From a virus (taxonomy: Duplodnaviria > Caudoviricetes), in the IMG/VR virus record IMGVR_UViG_3300031227_000047, positions 1 to 57,972 of that record: a stretch of 57,972 nucleotides of DNA. One strand, 5' to 3'. The notes beneath the pieces were generated by a model. That model saw only the letters and a list, made by a program, of their open reading frames with translations, searched no databases and was not told the DNA's origin. Each line of letters opens with the position of its first letter. The stretch's first letter is position 1. Of this stretch, positions 1 through 8,662 are shown piece by piece. Made by a program: the position numbers and the translations under genes.

Positions 1-2
1 AT

Positions 3-1235
3 GTTCCAGGTGGAGTATCAATTCAAATAGGAAATCCCGCTCCTGTAGAAAGTGAAATAGCAGAAGGGGGAGAGGATTTAACAGGAAGCCAAGTCTATCA
101 AGAAAGAAAAACACCAGCCCAAATTATCAGTAGTTTGATAGATGATTCTTTAACTAATCGAACAACGGATTGGGGATTTGAAAGCACTATTTTGGATCTG
201 ATTGATCCTGATTCTTATGATGATGGTTATTTGGATTCTACAGAATACATAATTTGGCAGAACCACACTGAAATTCCAGATGAACCCATTTATGGTAATT
301 TTGAAGATGCTTTAATAGCTGTATTAAGCCCGGATGAAATTTCAGATACTTTGAAAGAATTGTTAGAAGGAACTGGAGGGGATTCAGATCAAGTAATCCA
401 AAACACATCTGATATAGCAGATTTACAAGCTGATATGCCAAGTGCTGGAACGGGAGCAATGGAGCCGGTTACGTTTGATGTAGGAACGGCAGGTTCTTCT
501 ACTGATTATGCACCAATGACCCATGATCATCAAGGAATGCCTTTCATTTCAGGTGTGGACAGAGCTGCTTTGAAATCAGTTTTAGAAAATGGAGGAATTG
601 GATTTACTACATCGGCTCCAAAGGGCGTTTTTGTAAAAATTCATGATGATGTATACGCGATTCTAACGGCTTTTAGTACAACTGAAGCATTGCTAAAAGC
701 TATGATGGAAGATGGGGAGTTTGGGTACATTTCAGAAGAGCCACAAGCTGCTTACATTATGATAGACGGGGAATTAAAACCCATTTCTGTTGTGGTGAAT
801 GATCATGATACCATTATCAATGGAGCAACTTTATTAGACGGAACTTTAATATATGCAAATGGAAATCAAGATGATCAAGGTGATCTCCAGCATTTTATGG
901 TTCAAGACGGAAACTTAGTTCAAGTTCAACCGGGGGTAGAAAATGTAGCAATCTTGCCCAGCGTTCCTGAATATGGAATGAAAGAAGTTTTTTGGAGAAA
1001 ATCCGGTGGCGATGCAGGGGATGAAGGCGATAGAATTTATAGAGCTTATGCAGGGGATGAAAGATACACACCCGTTCAACCAGGTGTAGAAGAGGAAGCT
1101 TCCTTTCCAGCCATTCCCACTACAGGAACTCGGATTATTCGCAAAGGAGACCAAAATTGGATGGCTCATTTTGGTGATTCTATGTGGACAGCCATGCAAA
1201 GTCTAACAAATGAAGATGGAGCGCCCCCGGCATGA
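3..1235 (+). CDS. 5'-truncated virion/tail-associated protein
   Basis: Frame of ORF 135..1235 is open back to the window start (VPGGVSIQIG...); acidic, two VQPGVE repeats; lies upstream of fibre and lysis genes. Confidence 0.6.
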   Translation, partial: VPGGVSIQIGNPAPVESEIAEGGEDLTGSQVYQERKTPAQIISSLIDDSLTNRTTDWGFESTILDLIDPDSYDDGYLDSTEYIIWQNHTEIPDEPIYGNFEDALIAVLSPDEISDTLKELLEGTGGDSDQVIQNTSDIADLQADMPSAGTGAMEPVTFDVGTAGSSTDYAPMTHDHQGMPFISGVDRAALKSVLENGGIGFTTSAPKGVFVKIHDDVYAILTAFSTTEALLKAMMEDGEFGYISEEPQAAYIMIDGELKPISVVVNDHDTIINGATLLDGTLIYANGNQDDQGDLQHFMVQDGNLVQVQPGVENVAILPSVPEYGMKEVFWRKSGGDAGDEGDRIYRAYAGDERYTPVQPGVEEEASFPAIPTTGTRIIRKGDQNWMAHFGDSMWTAMQSLTNEDGAPPA

Positions 1236-2398
1236 CTTGGCCTTATGATGGAGATTGGGATGGTAAAAGCACAAATTGCTTAGCAGCGATAGAAGCCTCC
1301 ATTATGATTGCTATAAATGAACGGTTGAATTGTTTAGGGGTTGATAAAAAAGAGTGGTATTATAATAATGAAGGGGATAAAAAAACAGATGTTACATCTT
1401 CAGATTTGGTTGGTTTGTCTATTTGGGGTAATTACAGCCAAAGAAATATAACACAAATGGTTCATGCTTTTCGCAAAACTTCAGGAGCGGGATATCTTCT
1501 TAAAGGAGGACATGGTAGTATCCGAGATTATGATTTTCATAGATACCATGCTATGGTTTCTTCTGATTCTGATGAAGTTGTTACATTAGGTTGGTTAATT
1601 TCTCAAATAGGTTTGGGGGACTTTCCGTATATTTCCTATTCCTCTCCTTATCTTGAAAATATTTTGAATACTAATTTTTGGCTACGAATGCAAAAGGCGT
1701 TTGATTATTTACTTCATTATCAAATCAAATTATGTCCCCAAGCCACAATAGAAACTGAATCTGGCTTTTCTGGTATGTGGCTTGGAAGTTCTCTTTATGA
1801 TTGGGCGGGAGCAATATCTCTTGCTTGGACAAATCGTTGGGCAATCCCAAGTTCTAGTTCATCTTCTACTGATAGTGTAGGAGTTCATTTTGAAACTTTT
1901 TTTGGGTATTATGATGGACAAGATCTTGCTGGAGCACAACTTAGTATTCATAAGATTGATGTTCCTTTTATTTTTTCAACATCAAAGCTTACAGGGGTTT
2001 TAGGAAAAACATTGATTCAATGGGGGTATTGGATTTTGGGGGCGGGTGATTCTGTTACAGGCGCAATTCAAGCGAGAATAGGCGATATTGTAAGTGGTAA
2101 TTATGAAACAGTAAATTCTCCATCATTGCCAGCACCAGCTGCAGCTGCATCAGGGGGAGCAAGAGGAAATGAATGGTTGGATGGTAATTTTGGCGTAACG
2201 CTAGGATCCGATTCAGAAATTTTTTTAGATTTAGAAGAGCCTGGAAATTGTCCTCTGTCTTTAGATGATGATGATAAGGATGATACAATAGCAAGATCTT
2301 ACCTTTTTTTTCACAGCGCAATAAATCCATATGGTTATCTTGGCCACATTAAACTTTGGATAGACGTATCCGGGGAATTAACGGATCAAGTTGTTTAA
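1232..2398 (+). CDS. hypothetical virion (tail) protein
   Basis: 388 aa ORF, ATGA overlap with previous gene, tail-region context. Confidence 0.55.
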   Translation: MTWPYDGDWDGKSTNCLAAIEASIMIAINERLNCLGVDKKEWYYNNEGDKKTDVTSSDLVGLSIWGNYSQRNITQMVHAFRKTSGAGYLLKGGHGSIRDYDFHRYHAMVSSDSDEVVTLGWLISQIGLGDFPYISYSSPYLENILNTNFWLRMQKAFDYLLHYQIKLCPQATIETESGFSGMWLGSSLYDWAGAISLAWTNRWAIPSSSSSSTDSVGVHFETFFGYYDGQDLAGAQLSIHKIDVPFIFSTSKLTGVLGKTLIQWGYWILGAGDSVTGAIQARIGDIVSGNYETVNSPSLPAPAAAASGGARGNEWLDGNFGVTLGSDSEIFLDLEEPGNCPLSLDDDDKDDTIARSYLFFHSAINPYGYLGHIKLWIDVSGELTDQVV

Positions 2399-2422
2399 GA
2401 AATTTAAAAAGGAGAATATAAA

Positions 2423-4348
2423 ATGAGTTGGTTAAGTTTACTTTCAATTTTTGTCATGCTCACAACTTCAGTAACACCCTTCACAGCCATCAATTGGGGG
2501 ACTGGAGAGCATCCTACCTATGCCGGAGGTGGCGGAGCACTTACAGCGGCGGGGAATGTGGAAGCCCAAAATGTAACAACAAATCTGGATATTACAGCCG
2601 GTGATGATGTGATTGTTGGCGATGATTTAACGGTGGGCGATGATGCTACAGTTGCCGGAACTTTTCACGTTGATGGAACTGTAGATTTCGATCAAAGTTT
2701 GATTGTCGATGTTGATATTTTGGCTGGTGATGACATAATCACGTTAGGGGATTTTGATGCAAGGGGAGGGGATATCAAAAATTCTACAGGGAATTTAAAT
2801 ATTGATGCAGTGAACGCGGCAGCTCATTCCACTGTATATATTTTGAATTCAGATGGTACTTATGAAGCAAGTTTAGATATAGAAAGAAATTTGGCAGTTG
2901 CAGGAACAGGATTGATAACTGGGATTTTAACGACTACTGGAGGGATTATTTGTCCAGGCTTGCTTGCTATGGGAAGCGGAGTTCACTTTATTACAAATGG
3001 TGCGGGGCTTCTTGATGGAACTAAAATCCAGGATGATACGGTAAATAATGACACCATAGACAACACAGATTCCTACACCATTGTGGATTTAGTAACTACC
3101 GGGGACATTGATTTACAGGGGGGTGATTTAACCAATACTACGGGAAATATAAATATTGATGCTCAAAATGCTGTAGGAAATTCCACCGTTTATATCAAAA
3201 ATTCGGATGCTGTCTACAAAGCAAGTTTAAACGTAGAAAACAACATATATGCGGCTGGTGCTTTTAGGGTTGAAGGAAATTCTCAATTAAAAGGAAGTAC
3301 GGAATTTGGAGGTGGAAATGCAGGTTCCGGTGCTGAAATTGATACTGATGGAAATGGAACTTTCAATGGGGATATGGACATCGATGGAGAAACCACAGTA
3401 GGAACGGGCGTTGGAGCTGCTTCAGTGTATATAGATGGTGCGGCTGAAGAATATAGAGGGATTTACTTTTTAACAAACGATTCTGAGCGGTGGGCTGTCG
3501 TTACAGATATTACAGCAGAAGGTGGTGCGGATGCAGGTAGTAATTTAGTTGTGGCGAATTATGATGACTCTGGTAATTTGATTGGTGCTGCAATGACTAT
3601 CGAGCGAGCAACTGGTGATGTAGATTTTGTTAATGATATTAGTAATGGCGGCGATTTAGAGGTTGAGGGTGGGGCTATGACGGCTGGCGAAGATGGTGCG
3701 GAGCGTGGAGTAATTACAGTTCATGCGGGGGCTGGTGGGAACACTCCGGGCCATGCAATATTTCATTCACCAGATAAATCTGCTGCTTATTTGTTCGCCG
3801 ATGACAATGGTAGATTTCGGGTTGCAGGCGCGGTGCCCACGTTAACTACAGACGGTTACTCTTTAGGCGGTGCGCTTTATGTCGATGCTAATCACTCGAC
3901 CCTTTCCCCCGCTGGTGCAATCGAAGCACTTTTCGATGTAAACTTTACTTTACCCGCCAACTCTATGACGATGGGTTGTGTATTTAGGCTAACAGCCAGT
4001 TATAAGGTACTTGATAATAACGCGGCTGATACGCTTAAAATCAGGGTGCGAATTGGCGGATTGACTGGTAGTCTAATCTGCGAAACAACCGCATACAATC
4101 CAGACGACGATGATACAGGCGTGATTTTTGTAACAGGTACGCCGCACGCTGTTGGAGCTGGGGGAAGTGCTCACTCAACTTTCCAAATTTCGCAGACAAA
4201 AAACAGCGTCAATACTATGTTGGGTGGAATCAATCACCCAGCGTTAGATACAACCATAGCTAATATTCTATGTGTTACATACGAGTGGTCGGCGTCTCAT
4301 GCAGAAAACGATGTAGAGTTGCAGACCTTCATCCTTGAAAAGATGTAA
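2423..4348 (+). CDS. tail fibre/adhesin-like Gly/Asp/Thr-rich beta-repeat protein
   Basis: AAGGAG RBS; V-x-G-D repeats, two ~48 aa internal repeats; last gene before lysis cassette. Confidence 0.6.
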   Translation: MSWLSLLSIFVMLTTSVTPFTAINWGTGEHPTYAGGGGALTAAGNVEAQNVTTNLDITAGDDVIVGDDLTVGDDATVAGTFHVDGTVDFDQSLIVDVDILAGDDIITLGDFDARGGDIKNSTGNLNIDAVNAAAHSTVYILNSDGTYEASLDIERNLAVAGTGLITGILTTTGGIICPGLLAMGSGVHFITNGAGLLDGTKIQDDTVNNDTIDNTDSYTIVDLVTTGDIDLQGGDLTNTTGNINIDAQNAVGNSTVYIKNSDAVYKASLNVENNIYAAGAFRVEGNSQLKGSTEFGGGNAGSGAEIDTDGNGTFNGDMDIDGETTVGTGVGAASVYIDGAAEEYRGIYFLTNDSERWAVVTDITAEGGADAGSNLVVANYDDSGNLIGAAMTIERATGDVDFVNDISNGGDLEVEGGAMTAGEDGAERGVITVHAGAGGNTPGHAIFHSPDKSAAYLFADDNGRFRVAGAVPTLTTDGYSLGGALYVDANHSTLSPAGAIEALFDVNFTLPANSMTMGCVFRLTASYKVLDNNAADTLKIRVRIGGLTGSLICETTAYNPDDDDTGVIFVTGTPHAVGAGGSAHSTFQISQTKNSVNTMLGGINHPALDTTIANILCVTYEWSASHAENDVELQTFILEKM

Positions 4349-4376
4349 TCAAACGTATAATATAGAAAGAAGGAAA

Positions 4377-4697
4377 GTGGCTGACTCTTTAGAAAATTAT
4401 ACAAACGCGATTGTGGGCGCTACAATTACCGTGAGCGGTCTTTTGTTTATAGTATGGAGGTTTGTTATAGGGGCAGTTGACAGAGCTGCTAAGAAGGAAG
4501 CAGAAGAAGTTGCTAAACAAGCTTTAATCGAGCGGGATCTAGCCTTAACAAACCAACGCATAGAAACTTGTGAGGCAAATCACAACGATTGTACAGACAA
4601 AATGCACAAGTCAGTAGAATTGCTCCATTCCAAAATAGATATTGTTACTACTGATGTGGCTAAAATAAAAGGGATTTTAGGTGAAAGAAAAAATTGA
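4377..4697 (+). CDS. holin-like single-TM protein with coiled-coil tail
   Basis: GTG start after AAGGAA; TM segment AIVGATITVSGLLFIVW; directly upstream of endolysin. Confidence 0.6.
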   Translation: MADSLENYTNAIVGATITVSGLLFIVWRFVIGAVDRAAKKEAEEVAKQALIERDLALTNQRIETCEANHNDCTDKMHKSVELLHSKIDIVTTDVAKIKGILGERKN

Positions 4698-5322
4698 AAT
4701 CAATGAAGGGCATATTTTAAAAGATACAGCTTTCATTCCGGCTGCCGATAAGGGTGGAGCTTTACGGGATCCTCACCTAATTGTTATTCATTATACAGCT
4801 GGAGGAAATGCAAGGGGTGCCGTTTCTTGGTTGACGATGAAAGATGATACTTTTGTTTCAGCTCATTTGATTATGGGAAGGGATGGAAAAATTCAGCAAA
4901 CTGTTCCTTTCGACAGAATAGCTTTTCACGCTGGCAGATCTGAATGGAATGGTTTCCAGAATTTGAATAATCACAGCATAGGAATTGAGTTGGTGAATTG
5001 GGGGCCTGTAGTATTAGGAAGTTCCCATTATTTTTCTTGGACAGGGGCAAAGGTTCCAAAAGAAGAGGTTTTAGAATCTCTTCACAGAAATGCTGGTAAT
5101 TTTTCAATAGGAAAAGATCTAAGGTTTTGGCAGAGATTTACTTCGTGTCAATATAAAGAAACAGCGGAAGTTTGTAGGGCTTTGATTAAAAAGTATCCCA
5201 CAATAAAAGAGATAGTTGGACATGATGATATAGCACCGAAAAGAAAAGTGGATCCAGGCCCTGCGTTTCCAATGGATTGGTTAAAGTATCAAGTTTTTGG
5301 AAAGGAAAATGAAAATGAGTAA
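4681..5322 (+). CDS. endolysin, N-acetylmuramoyl-L-alanine amidase (Amidase_2/AmpD-like)
   Basis: IVIHYTA, VSAH, AFHAG, NxxSIGIE, VGHDDIAPKRKVDPG motifs. Confidence 0.92.
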   Translation: MKEKIEINEGHILKDTAFIPAADKGGALRDPHLIVIHYTAGGNARGAVSWLTMKDDTFVSAHLIMGRDGKIQQTVPFDRIAFHAGRSEWNGFQNLNNHSIGIELVNWGPVVLGSSHYFSWTGAKVPKEEVLESLHRNAGNFSIGKDLRFWQRFTSCQYKETAEVCRALIKKYPTIKEIVGHDDIAPKRKVDPGPAFPMDWLKYQVFGKENENE

Positions 5323-5896
5323 TGGAACATATTATGATGGAACAAGAGTTGTAAATAGAAGAGTTCCACGATATCAAATTTCTGTAACTATTTGGAAGGC
5401 TTTGTTTTCTTGGCTTCGCCATTTAGGAGTTTTAAGTGCTGCTGATTTAGCTATGTTTACTCCACCAGAAACTTTTGCTGAATTGAAAACACATTGGCCT
5501 GTTCTTTTGATTGCAGCGATTCCTGCTTTGTGGCGAACCTTGGAGAATATCAGGAAAAATTGGAATGATAATGGTAAACCACTTTGGAAATGGCCTTGGG
5601 ATAAAATTATTTCAGTTTCTGTTTTGTCTCTTTTGCTTTTAGGATGTGCTACGACGTCGGTTGAATTTGTCGATACAGACGGAGCAAATACAAGGCTTCG
5701 GAATACGGTAGTATTTGGAAAACAGGATGCTTCTGTTATCAATGCTGGATATGAATGGAATGAAGATGGCTCGGGAGAATGGAACGTAGGGGGAGAATCA
5801 ATAGGAACAGATGTAGAAAAAGCTTTGTCTGAAATTCGAGAAGCTTTATCCTCCTTAGTTTTACTCTTAATCAAAATGGGGCTATCCCCTATATAA
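5309..5896 (+). CDS. lysis membrane protein (holin-like N-terminus plus internal lipobox)
   Basis: Follows endolysin; M-K-M start; hydrophobic segments; internal VLSLLLLGC lipobox. Confidence 0.5.
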   Translation: MKMSNGTYYDGTRVVNRRVPRYQISVTIWKALFSWLRHLGVLSAADLAMFTPPETFAELKTHWPVLLIAAIPALWRTLENIRKNWNDNGKPLWKWPWDKIISVSVLSLLLLGCATTSVEFVDTDGANTRLRNTVVFGKQDASVINAGYEWNEDGSGEWNVGGESIGTDVEKALSEIREALSSLVLLLIKMGLSPI

Positions 5897-5968
5897 ACAC
5901 AACACGCACGGCTTATCCTCCGTGTGCTTCCCAAGAGAGCAGGTTCCCACCCTACCTGCTCGGCGTTG

Positions 5969-6010
5969 AGGGCGTATCAGACTAATCCCCCTGATACGTC
6001 CTTTTCCTTT
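5969..6010 (+). terminator. intrinsic terminator of lysis/late transcript
   Basis: AGGGCGTATCAG/CTGATACGTCCT stem followed by T-rich run. Confidence 0.7.
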
Positions 6011-6106
6011 AATTAAATTCAGGGATATCTTTTATTCCATTTTATGCTTGTTTTTACTCAACTTACTTTCACTTTCTTTCCTATTCTATACTATAATCAT
6101 ATAGGT

Positions 6107-6224
6107 AAAAACAAGGATAGTCAATGTTTATAAGGGTGTTATGAGTCAAATTTAGTTAGAAATAGAATGAAAATAAAGCTTTACATTTTAAAAGGAATGG
6201 TTTATAATAATCTTACATTTGAAG
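6107..6224. repeat. promoter-module repeat copy 1
   Basis: AAAAACAAGGATAGTCAATGTTTA...AAAATAAAGCTTTAC...TTACATTTGAAG, also at ~19863 and ~35297. Confidence 0.9.
6180..6208 (+). promoter_or_regulatory. sigma70-type early promoter
   Basis: TTTACA-17bp-TATAAT with A-rich UP-like element. Confidence 0.85.
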
Positions 6225-6292
6225 AGCACAGGGAACGAGGCAAAGCGAAAATTTAATAAACCTAACAGCCCGAAAGGGCAAGGAGCTTAGAC

Positions 6293-6541
6293 ATGAAAAC
6301 TTTAGCCAGCAAACTTACAGACACGCTCAAGAAGAACTTTTGGATCCTCCAAGTGGAGCAAGATACTAGCGACGCAACCTTGAGCCGTTATCTCTTCTGG
6401 ACCACCAAAGCAAGTGCTACAGTAACGGCCTGGAAAGATGGAAGGCTTGAGCTTGCAATCAATGGGGTTGCGATTAACATTAGTGCGGTATCGGATTGGG
6501 ATGCACTGGTTAAAGAAGTGACGGCAGGTCTGGCTGCCTAA
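6293..6541 (+). CDS. early hypothetical protein
   Basis: AAGGAG RBS, first gene after promoter. Confidence 0.7.
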   Translation: MKTLASKLTDTLKKNFWILQVEQDTSDATLSRYLFWTTKASATVTAWKDGRLELAINGVAINISAVSDWDALVKEVTAGLAA

Positions 6542-6552
6542 CCAGAGGTACA

Positions 6553-6623
6553 CTCTGCGCCTCCCTGGGCACCTTCGCCGAGGGTGTCAAGCGAAACGCA
6601 GAGCAAAGGAGATCGAGACAATG
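6553..6623 (+). repeat. long imperfect hairpin plus GGAGATCG leader (cassette junction repeat)
   Basis: CTCTGCG...CGCAGAG stem; 3' arm plus AAAGGAGATCG recurs at ~6937, 7209, 7397, 7664 and 35839. Confidence 0.8.
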
Positions 6624-6932
6624 ACTAAAGAACAAGCAGCCTATTGGCAGGACAAGTTAAAAGATGTTGGTGTATCGTCAAGTATTGAGCCGACAAATAT
6701 CTATTATCTACAATTGGCAGATGGTCGCAGGATCGAAACACGTAACGCAGCCAGCGGCTTCATTGTGACCAAACTAGATGAAATGATATCCAGCAGTACA
6801 AAACTAACGAAAGCTGGACGCGACGGCATCAACAGCGACCCTGGTGATTATTATGCCAGGATCACTGCTATACAGTTTGGCAATCGCACAGTTGATCAAG
6901 TAATTGAATCACTCAACAAACGAGCAAGTTAA
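6621..6932 (+). CDS. early hypothetical protein
   Basis: GGAGATCGAGACAATG leader. Confidence 0.7.
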   Translation: MTKEQAAYWQDKLKDVGVSSSIEPTNIYYLQLADGRRIETRNAASGFIVTKLDEMISSSTKLTKAGRDGINSDPGDYYARITAIQFGNRTVDQVIESLNKRAS

Positions 6933-6968
6933 CCTCGAAACGCAGAGCAAAGGAGATCGAAGGTAGCC

Positions 6969-7205
6969 ATGTATCAGATATTCTGGATTTCACGAACTGG
7001 CAGGCATTGGATTGAGACATGCTGTGGCCCGAATGCGATTGAGCGAATTATGAAATGCTATCGGCAACGGATTGAGTGTAGTGTATATTGTAAAGAGGAT
7101 CGGGATGGTGAAAATATTATTGGCGGTGTCCAGAAAGACGATTTTCATCATACACATAATCTGAAATGGATCTGGTGGTACGATTCGATTCTTGAAGAAA
7201 ATTAA
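6969..7205 (+). CDS. early hypothetical protein
   Basis: Preceded by junction repeat. Confidence 0.65.
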   Translation: MYQIFWISRTGRHWIETCCGPNAIERIMKCYRQRIECSVYCKEDRDGENIIGGVQKDDFHHTHNLKWIWWYDSILEEN

Positions 7206-7232
7206 AATGCAAAACAAAAGGAGATCGAGACA

Positions 7233-7382
7233 ATGACTGAAGTTGAACAAGCAGAAGCGTTTGTGAGCGAAAAGCTGCATGATAAAGTCGATGCACGGAT
7301 TGAACTTAGCAGAGCCACAATCGCCCTTGAAAAAGCACGCGAGGAACATGAAGAAGTACTTCAAAGAACCTTGACAAATTAG
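7233..7382 (+). CDS. 49-aa early protein (not in ORF track)
   Basis: GGAGATCGAGACAATG leader; MTEVEQAEAFVSEKLHDK... Confidence 0.65.
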   Translation: MTEVEQAEAFVSEKLHDKVDARIELSRATIALEKAREEHEEVLQRTLTN

Positions 7383-7409
7383 ACACACAATACGTAAAGG
7401 AGATCGACA

Positions 7410-7658
7410 ATGAGCAGCGTAAACACGACGCGATACAGCTTATGCAAGGCTATTTTTACAGAAAGGCGCGAAGAAACACTTGCGGCAGCGTGGACAGAAT
7501 CTGGGAATTGTATCACGATCCCGTGGGAAAATGATTCGGGACGCGAGAACCTGCATCGGGCGGCACTTGCTTTGTGTGATGAAATGGGATGGAACGGTAA
7601 TTTGGTAGGTGGTTGGACTAACGCTGGTATAGTTTTTGTTTTTGTAGATGTAGCCTAG
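7410..7658 (+). CDS. early hypothetical protein
   Basis: GGAGATCGACAATG leader. Confidence 0.7.
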   Translation: MSSVNTTRYSLCKAIFTERREETLAAAWTESGNCITIPWENDSGRENLHRAALALCDEMGWNGNLVGGWTNAGIVFVFVDVA

Positions 7659-7693
7659 CCACTGAAACGCAGAGACAAAAGGAGATCGCGACA

Positions 7694-7852
7694 ATGATTG
7701 AAAAAGCAGACAAACAGAAAGAGTGCTCATGTTGTGGCGAGACGTTTACCCCTGTTGGAAGCAGAGCGGCTTGTCCTGACTGCATAGACGCATACGAAAA
7801 CGCTCATGGCGATCCTGTTGTTATGGATATCAGGAAGGAGATTGGATCGTGA
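7694..7852 (+). CDS. 52-aa Zn-ribbon protein (not in ORF track)
   Basis: GGAGATCGCGACAATG leader; CSCC...CPDC. Confidence 0.65.
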   Translation: MIEKADKQKECSCCGETFTPVGSRAACPDCIDAYENAHGDPVVMDIRKEIGS

Positions 7853-8142
7853 AAATTAACATGTTAAAACTAGCAGAAACAGCCTTAATTTTACGAAGTA
7901 TTGCAACAAAAATTGCAGCTGTCTCTATGAGAGTTGCCCCCATCACTAGACAAAATTACTCAGTATTAGCCTTTAATATGGCTCAGACTGAAATCAATAG
8001 TCTTAATACGATCAAGCCCTGCGATGAAGAAAATGTTAAGAAATATCTTGGTGTTAGTTTAACTCATATGCAACAGAAAACATCAAGAAGATTGCAACGA
8101 GCCATTGATATTTGGGAAAACGAACAAAAGGAGGAAAGATGA
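7849..8142 (+). CDS. hypothetical protein
   Basis: GTGA overlap, AAGGAG RBS. Confidence 0.6.
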   Translation: MKINMLKLAETALILRSIATKIAAVSMRVAPITRQNYSVLAFNMAQTEINSLNTIKPCDEENVKKYLGVSLTHMQQKTSRRLQRAIDIWENEQKEER

Positions 8143-8336
8143 AAAGGGTTAAGCACACATGTGAAGCTCTAAAGGCAGTAAGTGGATGGGAAACTTGTGG
8201 TAAACCGGCTCGTTTTTGTGTTTGGTTTAGTCCTATTCATTACGCAGAAAAAACTTATTATTGCCAACAGCATTTACCAAAAAGAGAAGAGTGGACAGAC
8301 AGACTCATAATAAAAGTGGAGGAAATCAGAACATGA
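8139..8336 (+). CDS. small Cys/His protein
   Basis: GGAGG RBS, ATGA overlap; C..C..CxxH pattern. Confidence 0.55.
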   Translation: MKRVKHTCEALKAVSGWETCGKPARFCVWFSPIHYAEKTYYCQQHLPKREEWTDRLIIKVEEIRT

Positions 8337-8662
8337 ATTTTTATGCAACAGTTCGACTATCAACCAAATTGTATATGGCTAGAAAGGAAATGTCTTCAGC
8401 CAGACTCGGAAAGGAATTAGGAGTAACCAGCGTTACTATTGGTTCATTCCTTTTCAGAAAGAATCCTTCCCGTTTAACTAAAAAAGTCATGGAAAAGTTG
8501 ATTTTGATTCTCCAAGAAAACGAGATTTTAAAAGAGAATCTTACAAAAGAAGGTGTTAATTACATGATCTTAGAAATGGAATATTTGAAAAAAGCTTATA
8601 TGAAAAAGAAGCATATTGGCCGAACCCTGAAAGTTTTTTCTGATGCAGAATTGGAAGCTTAA
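8333..8662 (+). CDS. XRE/Cro-like HTH protein
   Basis: MSSARLGKELGVTSVTIGSF helix-turn-helix pattern; GGAGG RBS. Confidence 0.6.
   Translation: MNFYATVRLSTKLYMARKEMSSARLGKELGVTSVTIGSFLFRKNPSRLTKKVMEKLILILQENEILKENLTKEGVNYMILEMEYLKKAYMKKKHIGRTLKVFSDAELEA

Noticed and set aside
5374-5934. 186-aa minus-strand ORF as embedded lysis gene
   Set aside because: No lipobox or RBS; embedded spanins are same-strand; likely a shadow ORF
6268-6279. GCCC-GAAA-GGGC as lambda boxB/nut site
   Set aside because: Generic GNRA hairpin; no boxA or N-like protein recognised
6553-6603. Hammerhead ribozyme (CGAAAC next to a stem)
   Set aside because: No CUGANGA core and no NUH at the required position; a simple long hairpin explains it
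6593-7700. CRISPR array or integron
   Set aside because: Repeats are degenerate, contain RBSs and are separated by whole genes; no cas or integrase gene and no attC-like structure at most junctions
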